Assembly: GCA_050273025.1 (NCBI GenBank)
Contig: CP158635.1
Coordinates: 33,480,001 to 33,544,000, forward strand
Direction: 5' to 3'
From: Cenococcum geophilum
Lineage: Eukaryota
Length of the DNA: 64,000 bases
Position numbers and translations under genes: made by a program. Below, piece after piece: positions 1 through 11,689 of this stretch. The notes beneath the pieces are model-generated. The model did not search any database, was not told where the DNA came from, and worked only from the letters and a program-made list of their open reading frames with translations. The first letter of the stretch is position 1. Every line of letters begins with the position of its first letter.

Positions 1-520
1 AAGCAGATAGTTATTATTAAGGACTTTTTTACTAGGTTCTCGCTATAAGTATACGCCCTAGTTAAAAGTCTCTATACCAATCTATTCGTTCGCGTTTAAT
101 AGATATTTAGCTGCGGCATATAATGTGTATCCTCTTTAGTCTATACTACTAGAAATAGTGTAACGCTAAGTGAGTTAACTTAGATATTTAACTACTATTA
201 AGATTACGGGCTGGTTAATTATCATGATTGCGAAAATATCTAGTGCGATATTTAAGATAACCGGCCCGATAGTACTAATTTAGTATATAAACCTATAGGA
301 TATAGGCCATGCGATATGATGGCGTATATATACCGTGTATAAAATAAGAGGAATATCTTATGGGAGTGGAGTGGCTTAATTAGAGGGGCTTAGCGAAAGG
401 GTAACGTAGTAATGTGGTATGTTATTACGGCACGGGTTCTAATGGTATTATTACTTAAATGTAACCACTTTAGAAATATACAAACCCCGTTTTAATTCAT
501 TGTCGTTATTAAAGGTAAAA

Positions 521-1704
521 ATGAGTTTATAGTCTAGGTTTTAACTTAATAGCCCTACCTATATTAATTAGCTGCGTATTATAGATGAATTTCTTATCGC
601 TTTTATATTAGGTGGTCTTGTTATAATTCTTAATACTAAGTATTAATATACTGCGCTTATACTGTCCGAAGGAGAATGTCCGTATAAGCAGGTTATATAG
701 GCTAGAAGGCTGTAGGACATTACATGTTATAATAAAGTTATAGCTACGGCTAATAATAATGGCATTGTGCGGCTTTAGAGCCTTAAATCTAGGTAACTCC
801 TTAACCCTTCCTTCTTTGCGGATGGTTATACGTACTAAAGAGTAGGCTAGTTTATAGGTATATAGTTTTACTAAATATACCGAAGCTATACGGTATGTAC
901 TATTTACCGGTAATTTAACCGTAGTGTTTGGCTCTAAGGATATAGCATTACAGGTTTAGGATACTAGCTCCGGCGCGTATATGCGTACGCTTAATGGGTA
1001 TACTAATACTATCTTATGCCTTACTTTACGCGATAACTTACTTATAAGCGGTTCTAATAATACTACCGTAAAGATATAGGATCTTCCCTCTAGCTAATGT
1101 TTATACGTTTTATAAAACCACCCTAGCTATATAACCGTGCTTGGGTTTAATAAAGACTATACCCTACTAGCGATAGGTAGCGGTAGAGGGGTTATAAAAA
1201 TCTAGAGGATTGGTAATAGGTTAGTAGGCCCTAGCTACTAGCTCTAATTTAATAGTATACTGCTAACTAGGAAACTAATAAAGGATATATATTATAACCT
1301 GCAAAGGTTATATAAAAGTCGCTACGCAACTTATAAATTTCTATAGAAATTTGGTTTCTTTTGGAGCGGATAGGACTATTTAAACCTAGGACTAGCAAAA
1401 TGAAAAACTTATCTATACTCTAGAGGCTTATAATTAGGCTATATAGGGGCTGGTTTAGGCTAAAGACTACCTTATATTGGGAGGAATAGATAGTAGACTA
1501 TAAGTTTAGGATTATATAAACGACTAGGCGCTCTTTAAGCTAAGGGATTAGGTAAATGCAGTTTAGTAGCTTATAAGCGGATAGGACAAACTTATAGTAG
1601 CCTTACTAGTTGGTAATAGGAAGCACCTAGTCGAGCTTTAGACTTTACTAGATATAAAAGATAGGCGTACTAAGGAAGTAGCTAGAGAAGAAGAGGTTAT
1701 ATAA
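521..1704 (+). pseudogene. WD40-repeat protein (Cdc4/Met30-like repeats), RIP-inactivated, probable introns near 793-870 and 1220-1270
   Basis: ATG at 521. Reverted translation gives repeated WD units, e.g. ..HTEAIRCVLFTGDLTVVSGSKD..L.VWDTSSGACMRTLNGHTDTILCLTLRDNLLISGSDDTTVKIWDLPSG.C (about 875-1100). Confidence 0.85.
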
Positions 1705-1736
1705 ATTGGTAATGTAACCTTATAGGAGGGCTCTTA

Positions 1737-2100
1737 AACTGTCCGCGAACTACTTCTTACTATGCGGCGCGTTTGACCTGCAACGTTAACGAGAAAAAGG
1801 AGTAGCCTCCCCTCTATAATAGTGTCGCCGTTATAATACTGCTTCTACTTATAGGCCCTAGTAGAGGCGCGCGTTAGCTATAAATATACTACTTCTTAAA
1901 CTTTTTCTACTTTAGCTTATATACTAAAGACGTATTTAGGCCTCTTGGCACGCCTAAGGGCGAGAATGCTCTGCGCGGTAGCGCGTAGTTAGGCATTATT
2001 TATAGTATATAACTTCCACCCCCCCTTTAGCAAGCGCTGTAAAATTTTTAATTTAGTACGCGTATCTAATCTCGCTTAATTGCTACTAATTAATTATAGT
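1737..2100 (-). pseudogene. Possible small RIP-decayed ORF of unknown function
   Basis: One minus-strand frame has only RIP-type stops and protein-like composition (..FTALAKGGWKLYTIN..LRATAQSILALRRAKRPKYVF..). No family recognised. Confidence 0.3.
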
Positions 2101-2389
2101 AAATGCCTCTAGCTATATATAAGGGCCATTTTAGTTGCCTAGGAAAAGGAAGCAGGTTATATACATTACTGTATTTATTAATTAAATCTTATTTCCTATA
2201 TACCTATTTAGTGTACTTAATATAGATTACAACTTAAGCTTTTAGGAAGCCTTTTAAAAATACTTACGAAGTATATATTGCTATTTGTAGTGTTCCAATA
2301 AGCGCGTAGTTAAAGCTTAAGTCGATAGCTTAGATTCTACTACGCGATTTTATATCTCTATATTAATACTAGCTTTAACTACCTTACTG

Positions 2390-2672
2390 CCATAGTTGCA
2401 TTAATTTTAGCCTTGGGTGTGACGCCTTAAGAGATATAAACCTTCCTTTTACGCTTATTTCCCGCCTTATTTATCGGTACTAATATACCTATCTTATAGG
2501 TACGCGACAGCGCCAACTAATATTAAATATTGGTAAGAGCACTGCAGTTACTATTAGGCTATAAACCTTGCATTAATTGCTCCCTATAGGGAATTAAGGT
2601 GGTATTAGTAAAAAAATAAAAAGGGTTTAGTATGTTAATATGCCGAAACTAAGTCGCGAGTTGTTAACGAAA
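2390..2672 (+). repeat. Left arm of long inverted repeat (pairs with 56881-57256). Contains CCCTATAGGG junction, GGGAATTAAGG...A-tract and 24-bp palindrome at 2625-2648
   Basis: Reverse complement aligns by eye to 56881-57256 (e.g. attaattgctccctatagggaattaa vs ttaattccctatagggagcaattaat; ctaagtcgcgagttgttaacgaaa vs tttagttaataacttataacttag), mainly with RIP-type mismatches. Confidence 0.9.
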
Positions 2673-2761
2673 TAGAATACTTAGGTCTAAACAGTATAAC
2701 TAAGGTAGGGTTACGTTGGCCCTAGGGGCAAAAAATATATTTTAGTTACTATAAATAAAGA

Positions 2762-3047
2762 CTTATAGCTGTCTTGTAGCTCTTATACTACCTTATAGCC
2801 CTTATACCTAGGGCAACTAACTTATAACTCTTATACCTAGATATAAGAGCTGTAAGACGACTGCCCTTAGGTATAAAAGTTACCCCTAAGTATAAGGGCT
2901 ATAAGGCAGCTGCCTCTAGGTGCAAGAGCTGTAAGATAGTTACCCCTAGGTGTAAGAGTTGTAAAAGAGTTGCCCCTAGGTATAAAAGCTATAAGATAGT
3001 TATAAGAGCTATAAGATGACTGCCCCTAGGGGCAACCATTTTATAAC
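2762..3047. repeat. About 30-bp tandem/inverted array (unit approx. GCTGCCCCTAGGTGCAAGAGCTGTAAGAC)
   Basis: Forward units about 2840-3030, reverse-oriented units about 2762-2840, and a terminal palindrome TGCCCCTAGGGGCA near 3021-3034. Confidence 0.8.
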
Positions 3048-3184
3048 TTAGTAAGTAACCTCCCTACTATACCTCCTATTTAATAAATAAAACCCTTTAC
3101 TTTTCTACTTTATAGCTAACTTATCTACAATTCCTAAAGCTAGATATTACTAATATAAAGCGCTAAAACTTACCTACCCCTAAT

Positions 3185-3438
3185 ATAACGGATAAGAAGC
3201 AGCGGCTTTAGGGCCTAGGTTGAAAGCTTCCTACCTAAAGGAGGTAGATTTAATATATAACTAGGCTAGGCTATATTAGCTAGTAACAGCAAAGTTCCTA
3301 ATTGATTCTCTTATGCTAGTATAAACCGTTAGCGTAAATAGGCCTATTAACGACGCTTATAAGCAAAGGCTTTATAAAATATTTAAGGAATAGGGTATCC
3401 TTTAAAAAGACTTGGGGTATTAATTATAAGTAGCCTAT
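3185..3438 (+). pseudogene. 5' fragment of a gene with a ParB-like / DUF3723-N-terminus-like motif
   Basis: Reverted translation MTDKKQRL..TAKFPIDSLMPVWTVGVNRPINDAHKQRLYEIFKEQGILRKDLGHRLQVAC matches the NRP.D..H..RL..IF...G..R.D..H pattern I recall for this family. The frame is lost after about 3438. Confidence 0.55.
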
Positions 3439-3634
3439 TACTACTTAACCTAATATAGTAAAGAGTAGTATTTTTACTGCTATAGATATTACTATTAAAC
3501 GATCGTGACTATCTATATCGATTTAGCTTTTCTATATTAAGTATAAATTAGGGATATCTTAGCCGCTAATCTTAATGTATAACAAATTATAGATATAAGT
3601 TAGACGAGATATAATAAACTAAAAGTAGCTTATA

Positions 3635-3885
3635 TGTAACGGTGCTAAAGCGTGTTACCTATTAAATTCTGCCTAAGTTCTGCTATATTCTGCTACCTGT
3701 TGTATTAATACTATCTAGTACTGTTTTCTACTATTAGCTCGCCTACTACTAGCGCCTTAACGGCTTGCGCTATTTATTTATTTATACTAGCCCTAGCGAA
3801 CCCCCTTCCCTCTCCTTAGCTTAGTATATTTATTAGATAGTAATCTATAAGCTTTAGTTTAGAGGCATTTATATAAGCCGTTATA
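3635..3885 (+). mobile_element. Solo LTR, Gypsy family B
   Basis: TGTAACGG...CCGTTATA termini. Reverse complement of the LTR at 23419-23680. RIP-compatible 5-bp TSD ttata/ctgta. Confidence 0.9.
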
Positions 3886-3900
3886 CTGTAAGGGCTTTAG

Positions 3901-4192
3901 TTTAATTTTGGTATAATAAATACGCCGAAATTAAATAATATGACCTTTTAAAACTTTAATCTGATTTTAGTATGCTAAACACGCTGAAATTAAATAACAC
4001 GACCTTTTAGAGCTTTAATCTAATTTCGGCATAATAAATACGTTAAAATTAAATAACATAACCTTCTAGAGCTTTAGTCTGATTTTGGTATACTAAATAC
4101 GCCAAAATTAAATAACACCACCTTTTAGAGCTTTAGTCCGATTTCGGTATAATAAATATATTAAAATTAAATAATACGACCTTTTAGAGCTT
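3901..4192 (+). repeat. 5 x 59-bp tandem array, each unit with palindromic core TTTCGGCAT-N7-A(C/T)GCCGAAA
   Basis: Cores start at 3906, 3965, 4024, 4083 and 4142. Inverted homologue at 25141-25432. Confidence 0.9.
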
Positions 4193-4440
4193 CTAAAGCC
4201 TAAGTGTAGAAGATACTAGACTATATTAACCGCGGGCGGGCACATAATACTAATTTAGGGAGCGTTAATACGCTAGGAGATAAATCCGAATATCTATTAT
4301 TTAAAGACTAGGATATAATAATTGGAGAGAAGGTGGAGCTTATAGCGGGTAATTATAGAGTAGAGGCATTAAAAGAATATTTACGCCGCTTAAAATCCCT
4401 AGGGAATAAGCGATAATGGATTTGTAATATATATAATAAA

Positions 4441-4985
4441 TATTAGCAACTTAGTTAATTAAGATATAAGTATAGTAAGGGGGTTGCGCAAGCCTATACG
4501 ATTGGATTGTCTATAAACGAGAATCTAAAGCTAGAGAAAGGAAAGGAGAAGAATAGTAGCGCTATTTAACGTTTTATGCAATCCTTAAGTCACGTAAGCT
4601 TATGTAACTACGTCCACTATAATCCATGTCTACTATAATCCACCGTTTTCCACTAGCGCCGTAATATTACCCCCCCTCTGTAAAAGCCTGCCCTTAGGCT
4701 TTATATATCCGTATTATGCCTATAGGGCGTTTTTATCTTTATATTCTTCCGGTAGCCTATTATCTTTACTATACTAGTATTTAATCTACTTGTTTAGGTA
4801 CTTTAGGGGTTCTAGTTTACTAGGGTAACGGCTATAGAACTTTTAAAGCTTATAGGGACTGCTAATAAAGTTCTATATAGGGTACTAATTAGGATCTGGG
4901 TTATAGCCTTTCTAACTAACGCGGTACTTTAACGTTTTCCTTACTAGTTTATAGGCCAGTATTTCTTTAATTTCCTATTTATTAA
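4441..4985 (-). mobile_element. Gypsy family A 3' LTR (4441-4666), PPT and chromodomain fragment
   Basis: LTR shares R/U5 with 14391-14602. C-run (PPT complement) follows at about 4670. 4700-4985 is the reverse complement of the chromodomain region at about 19740-20040. Confidence 0.9.
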
Positions 4986-6419
4986 GGATCTATAGGTTAA
5001 GCTATTTAGGGTAAAAAAGGGCGCGTGTCTAGTATTAGGCTTTTAGCTTATCCTAGGGTTTTATATCTTATTCCCTTTAGGTTAATATATTAGCCTTAAA
5101 GTTTTATTTACTAGAATAATATATAGTTATAAAGAAGAATTAGAAGAGTATTTTAGCCTAAAGCTTATTATTTAGTAAGCTACTTTATAGTTATAAAGTA
5201 CTTTAGGGCTTTATAATCTATATATATCTTAATCCGGAAGTTTATACTTTTAAGCTCTATATACTATTAAAATAGTAATTAAATAATAGCTAGTATTTCT
5301 TTATTATATATTTTATAGTTACACTTAGCTAAATCTATTATTTTTAAGAAGAAGGTAATAGGGTACTATTTACCATCTAGATATAACTATAATAGAATTC
5401 CTACTATAACTTTATTAGAAGCGTCTGTTTTTAGTATTAACTTAAGGTCTAGGCTATAGTAATAAAGGATTAGAGAAGAAATAAGCCGATTTTTTAACTC
5501 TTTAAAGGCTTCTATATAGTTATTATTAAAGATAAAAGGTGTGTCTTTCTAAGTAAGTTATATAAGAGGCCTTACTATAACTCTATAGTTATAGATAAAC
5601 CGGTAATAAAAATTATAAAACTTAAGAAAGGACTAGATTTCTTTTACTATATAAGGGGGCTTCTAGTAGTAAATTACCTCTACCTTTTTAGGGTTAACCT
5701 TAACTCCTTTTATAGTTATAATAAACCTAAGGTACTTTATACATTTTACTCTAAACTTATATTTCTTAATATTAACTTATAAGCCTATGTTTTGTAATCT
5801 CTCTAGGACCTTCTTAATATAAACTTAATATTTAAGTTTATTATTTAAGTATATAAGAATGTCGTTTAAGTATACTATGCAGAATTCGTCTAGGTAATTA
5901 AAAAGAACGTTATTTATATACCTTTAGTATATAGCTAGTCCGTTTATTAGTCTAAAAGTAAAAACTTTATATTTATAGGAACTATAATAGGTATAAAATA
6001 TTGTTAAATCTTTAGATATAGGGTTTATTCTAATTTAGTAAAAAGCTTAACGGATATTAAGTTTAGTAAAGATCTTTACCCGGCTTAGATATATAAGGGT
6101 TTTATTAATTAAAGGAATAGAATATTAATCCTTTTAAGTAATAGTGTTTAGCTTTTAATAGTTAATACAAAAGCAAAGGCCTCTATTAGGCTTTTTTTTA
6201 TAAATAGGATAAAAGAAGTAAAAGGGGCTTAACTTAGCTTAATAAACCCTTTATCTAGGTTATTAATTAAGTACTACTTTATTACTTTTAGCTTATTTAT
6301 TAATTATTAGTAGAGGGGGCTATAACCTAGCGAGTTATTAGCTTTTAATTAAATCTTATAATTATATATCTAGTAAGGGGGTAACTTATTTAAAGCCGCC
6401 CTTAAAAATATATCCTTAT

Positions 6420-9400
6420 TGTTGGAATATATGGACAGGAATATATAGACAGAGGTTATATGGTTATGTCTCTAATTAGTTATCCTTACGGTGACTTATT
6501 AGCCCCCTACTTAGGCACTACGATCCTTATAATCCTCTACTTTTAACACCTATTAAATAAGAATTAATTTAACAGTTAATAGGCCAATTAAGTGCACTTG
6601 GGTAATACTGATATTAATTAATAGTCAACTTTACCGGTTGGCTATAGAGCAAATTAACACCTAGTATAACCTCTTTACTAAGTACTAGTACCCCTAGCTT
6701 ATCTATAGTACCTAATAGCCTTATATAGTACTCTAGCGTTATAGCAACCTAGTAGCGTTAGCAGCACTAAAGTACCTAGCTTCGCTAGAAGTAACTAGCT
6801 CTAGAAGAGCACCCTATATAAGCTTAACACCCTACCACGTTAAAATTACGTTAATAACGCGCTCTCCAGCCCCCCTACTCCTCCGTTAGCATTTGCAGCA
6901 GTTACTAGCGCGCCCTTATCTTATGACAATTTCAGCTCTACTAGACTCTTAAAGTTCTGCCAGTACGCTATTTCTATATTTTCGACACCCTACTACGTCA
7001 AAAATCACGTTAACAGCGCGCCTATAACGCTAGCGCGCTTTTTATCCTTTGCCCTCTTAAGTTTACTAGCGTCTACGGCAGCTATAAACCTTTAATAATA
7101 GCACTACCTTAACTTCCTAAAGGATACAAAAGCGGGAGCTATACGGCTACTGGGCGGCCTTACTATATTAATATCTATAATAATAAAGCCTAATGGGAGT
7201 TTCTAACTATAGCCGCTTATTAAAAACAGATTTAGGATATATAGGATATTCTAGACCTACGTTAATAATAGTATAAAAGAGTTTAGAAGGTATATTAAGA
7301 ACAAAAGGAGGATATTAAGGAGTTATAAAGTATAGTTTAGCAATTATAGTAATAATAAGCTATACTAGCGTAAGCTCCGTCCGCATAAGCTTTGTTTATA
7401 TAAGCTCCGTCTATATAAGCTCCGTCTATATAAGCTCTGTCCGCGTAAGCTCCGCTAGCTTTACCCTCTCCGTTAACTAAAGCTAAAGAGCTATAGTAGT
7501 TAAGCTTGTATAAACCCCCGCAACCTTAAACCTATAAAAAGTGCTCTACTATATTCCCTTTGGGTTAAGCGCTCTTTAAACATTTACTAGACTGTTAACT
7601 ATTTTAGTATACTAAGTACGGATCTATATTCCCCTTAAATACTACCCTCTATAAGTACATTTGGGGATATTGTTATTTAAAGGATTAAGCTTTATTAGGA
7701 TAGAGGTCTACCAATTAAATAATTATACCGTTACGCCTATAATCCATCTAATGCTAGTACTGTACTGCCTATACTATTAACAAACTAATAGCGCCGCTAT
7801 GCCTGCTATTATAATACTAATCGTACTAATATACCTGCGATCTACTAACTAAAGAATTTATGCCAATACGCCTATAAATATAACCCCGTTACTAGCATTA
7901 TACTGCTACCTAAATAACCCTATTATTAGTACTGTACTACTACCTAAATAAATAGACCCTCTACTGCTCCTACCTATAGTAATATAATTAACCTTTAGCT
8001 GCTCTACCTGTAGCTAACTAATACCTTACTGCCCTACCTACAGCACTATATTAACTTTTAGCTGCTCCGCCTATAGCTAACCCTATTTAACCGTTGCTGC
8101 TCTACCTATAGTAAACCTACCCTTATTACCTTACCCGCAGCTAACTAATAACTTACTTCTTCCACCTCTAGCTAAACCGATACCTTACTACCTTACTACC
8201 TTATTGCCTTTCTACAGCACTATAAGCATAAAAAAAGAACTACTAGTATTAAAATATATAGACAGGAATATATAAACAGAGGTTATGTGGTTACGTCTCT
8301 AATTAGTTATCCTTATAGTAACTTATTAGCCCCCTACTTAGGCACTACAATCCTTATAATTCTCTACTTTTAACACCTATTAGATAAGAATTAATTTAAT
8401 AGTTAATAGGCCAATTAAGTATACTTAGGTAATACCAATATTAATTAATGGTTAACCTTACCGGTTGGCTATAGAGTAATAAGGTTTACTACCGCCCTAG
8501 TAGCTTTGTTTAATTATAAGCAGCATTCTAATACCTAGTAGTAAAACTATACTAGTAGCTACCTTAGTAGCATCTAACCTTAGCTAGCTTAGAATATATA
8601 ATAAATATATATAAGACATTCTATAGCACGTAAATTAATACCTAGCAAACCTCTTTATTAAGCCTATCTATATACTAGCTTTAACAGCACCTAATATCTA
8701 ATAGCCCTTAGGTAGTACCCTAGCAGCTACCTTAGTAGCTACCTTAGTAGTACTACGGCAGCGCTCTAGCTATATATAGTATATTAGCTTTTATAGTACC
8801 TAATATTTAATTACCTAATAGCTTTATGCAGTACCCTAGCGTAGCTACGCAACTTAGTAGCAAACTACCCCCTAGTACGCGTCTTAGTATATAAATCAAC
8901 GCCTAATAACCTTATATAGTACTCTAGCGTTATAGTAACCTAGTAGCGTTAGCAGTACCTAATACCTAAATATCTAATAGCCTTATATAGTACTCTAGCG
9001 TTATAGTAACCTAGTAGCGTTAGCAGCACTTAATACCTAATAACCCAGCAGACCCCTAAATTACTCTTAGTAGAGTAGTTATAGATCTATAAACTATCCC
9101 CTACCTACTAATAACCTTAATACCGTCTACTACCTTCCTTGTAGATCTACTATATTGAAAATCACGTTAATAGCACGCCCCTAAACACTAGCGTGCCCCC
9201 TTTCCTCCTACGGCCTTTATAAGCCACAAATACTACATTAATAGAGTTTATATATTAGTGGTTTTACATATAAAGAAAAGAACTGCTAGTATTTACGGCA
9301 GCTATAAATAAGATAACTACTATACTAATACGCCTATAAATAGACAAGAATTCGTACTAATACGCCTATAAATACGACCTTGTTGCTAGTATTATACTAC

Positions 9401-10037
9401 TACCTAAATAACCCTACGCTAGCACCATATTACTATATACTATTAATAAACTAATAGCGCCGCTATGCCTGCTATTATAATACTAATTGCACTAATACGC
9501 CTATAATCTACCGACTAAATAATCGTGCCTATACGCCTACGATTAACCAACCGACCGATAGACAAGCTCTATGCTTAACCACTATTACTACCGCTGCTAG
9601 TACCGTACTACTACCTAAATAGACTTTTGCTGCTTTTACCTATAGCTAAACTAATATCTTGCTGCCTTCCTATAGCACTATAATTAACTTTTATTACTCT
9701 ACCTGCAGTAATACAATTAATAACTGCTGCTCCGCCTATAGTACTACTATTACCTTATACTACCTTCCACCTCTAGCTAAACTAATACCTTACTACCTTA
9801 CTGCCTTCCTATAACGCTATAAGTATAAAGAAAAAACTGCTAGTATTAGAATATATGGATAGGAATATATAGATAGAGGTTACGTGGTTACGTCTCTAAT
9901 TAGTTATCCTTACGGTAACTTATTAGCCCCCTACTTAAGCACTGTAATCCTTATAATCCTCTATTTTTAATACCTATTAGATAAAAATTAATTTAATAGT
10001 TAATAGGCTAATTAAGTGCACTTAGGTGATACCGACA
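6420..10037 (+). mobile_element. Non-autonomous LTR element C with three 194-bp LTRs (6420-6613, 8247-8440, 9844-10037)
   Basis: TGTTGG...CCGACA termini, three aligned LTR copies and an exact 5-bp TSD CTTAT (6415-6419, 10038-10042). Purine-rich tract before LTR2 and LTR3. No RT motifs seen internally. Orientation inferred from the purine tract and the internal ORF. Confidence 0.9.
7098..7690 (+). pseudogene. WW domain - coiled coil - (QAPSA)n - two C2H2-like zinc fingers, inside element C
   Basis: Single frame, reverted: LPKGYKSGSYTATGRPYYINI.NNKAQWEFP (WW); Gln-rich coiled coil; 15-bp repeats at 7370-7455; C.KCST.FP.GQALFKHL.DC and C.KCGSIFP.NT.LHKHI.G.C. Confidence 0.75.
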
Positions 10038-11689
10038 CTTATAATTAGTATAAATAGTAGAAAAAAGGCGTTTAACTAATTCCTTATTAGTTTCCTTAGC
10101 TAGCTCTTTCTCCCTATTATTAATAATTTGGTTAATCTTATATAGGCTTATTATAAAAACGTTATTTTTTTTTTAGTATATATTAAAGTAAAACGCTATA
10201 GCGCTAATTACGGTAATGTCTATAGTAGGGGGGTTATATTATAATAGGGGCGTATATAACTTTAGGGACTTCTAGGGTATTAGTATTATTATTACTCCTT
10301 TTAGCTCCTATTATATTTTTTAAAGGTTCTCCCTTATATCCTATTAATACATTCTTTTCTAAACCGGTTAGATTTATATAATTTAGACGTTATTTATATT
10401 ACTATCTATTCCACTTTTATATATAGAGTCTTTTTTAAATATAGCGCTTTAGGAAAGTATCTTTATTAGTATAGAGTTCTTTCTAACTTTATGGCGGGCG
10501 TCTTCTTAAGTAAAGGCTAGGTTATAGGCTTAGATATTCTATTAGTAGGTAGAGTTAGCCCTTATAGCTAGTATCTTATGGTTAGTTCGGATTTCCCTAA
10601 TAAAAGAGGGCAACTTTAGTCTATCCTCTGGCTAAATAAACTGTCTTTATTATATATTTAGCCAAATATTAAAATAAAATATCTATTTTTATCTAAGGAT
10701 TATATTATAGGACCCTAGGTTTAGGATATAAAAAGGGATACTATATTAGCGTTATCCGTTAAAAGCAATATCTATCTATCGCAGTCATATAAGGGGATAT
10801 TTTAATTTTTTGTATAATTAGGAGGTGTAGGGCTATAAGGTCGCTCTAGGGCTAGTTCTTAATAGTTTTACTAGTTCCTAGCACTTAAATCTACTAAGGA
10901 TTTGCCTTAAAGCGGCTAGATATCCCTAACCGTAAGCCTATAGCTGCAAGACTATCTAACTATAGTAGTCGCATTAAGGCTGGCTTTTAGTGGTTTTGCT
11001 AGTTCCTAGTACCTACTAAAGAATTGCCTTAAAGCGCTATCTATATATAATGTATACTAAGTATAAGGGATAGCGGGTAGGGAAAGCGAATTAGCCACGT
11101 AGTGACTGCGTTTAATATTCGCGAATATTACGGAAGGTCTTAGTATTATGCGTTACTAAGGTAAATGCTACTAAGTAATATATAGACGCTAGTATCTATC
11201 TATTACAGTCACGTAAGGGGATATTTTAATTTTTTATATAATTAGGAGGTGTAGGGCTATAAGGTCGCTTTAGGGCTAGTTTTTAGCAGTTTTACTAGTT
11301 CCTAGCACTTAAATCTACTAAGGATTTGCCCTAAAGCGGCCAAATATCCCTAAGCGAAGCTCTTGCGCCCAATAAGATATTACCGCATTCTGCTATATTC
11401 TGCCAAATTCTGCCATATTATTGCATTCTGCCAAATTTTGCTATATTATCGCATTCTGCTAAGTTCTACTATATTATTATATTCTGCCAAGTTCTGCTAT
11501 ATTATTATATTCTGCTATATTTTACTAACCCTAAGTTATAAGCTAACTAATTAGGATTTTCTATGCCCGGTATAGAAAATTATTATTAGCTCGCTTACTA
11601 CTAGCGCCTTAACGGCCCTCTTAATATCTTAACCTACTATATAGTAATCCTTACGCTAAAAGCGGTATACTACGCTAAAAGTAAGAGTT

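Noticed and set aside
11363..11554. ORF-track 63-aa ORF
   Set aside because: Arises from TTCTGCCA tandem repeats in the Ngaro non-coding region.
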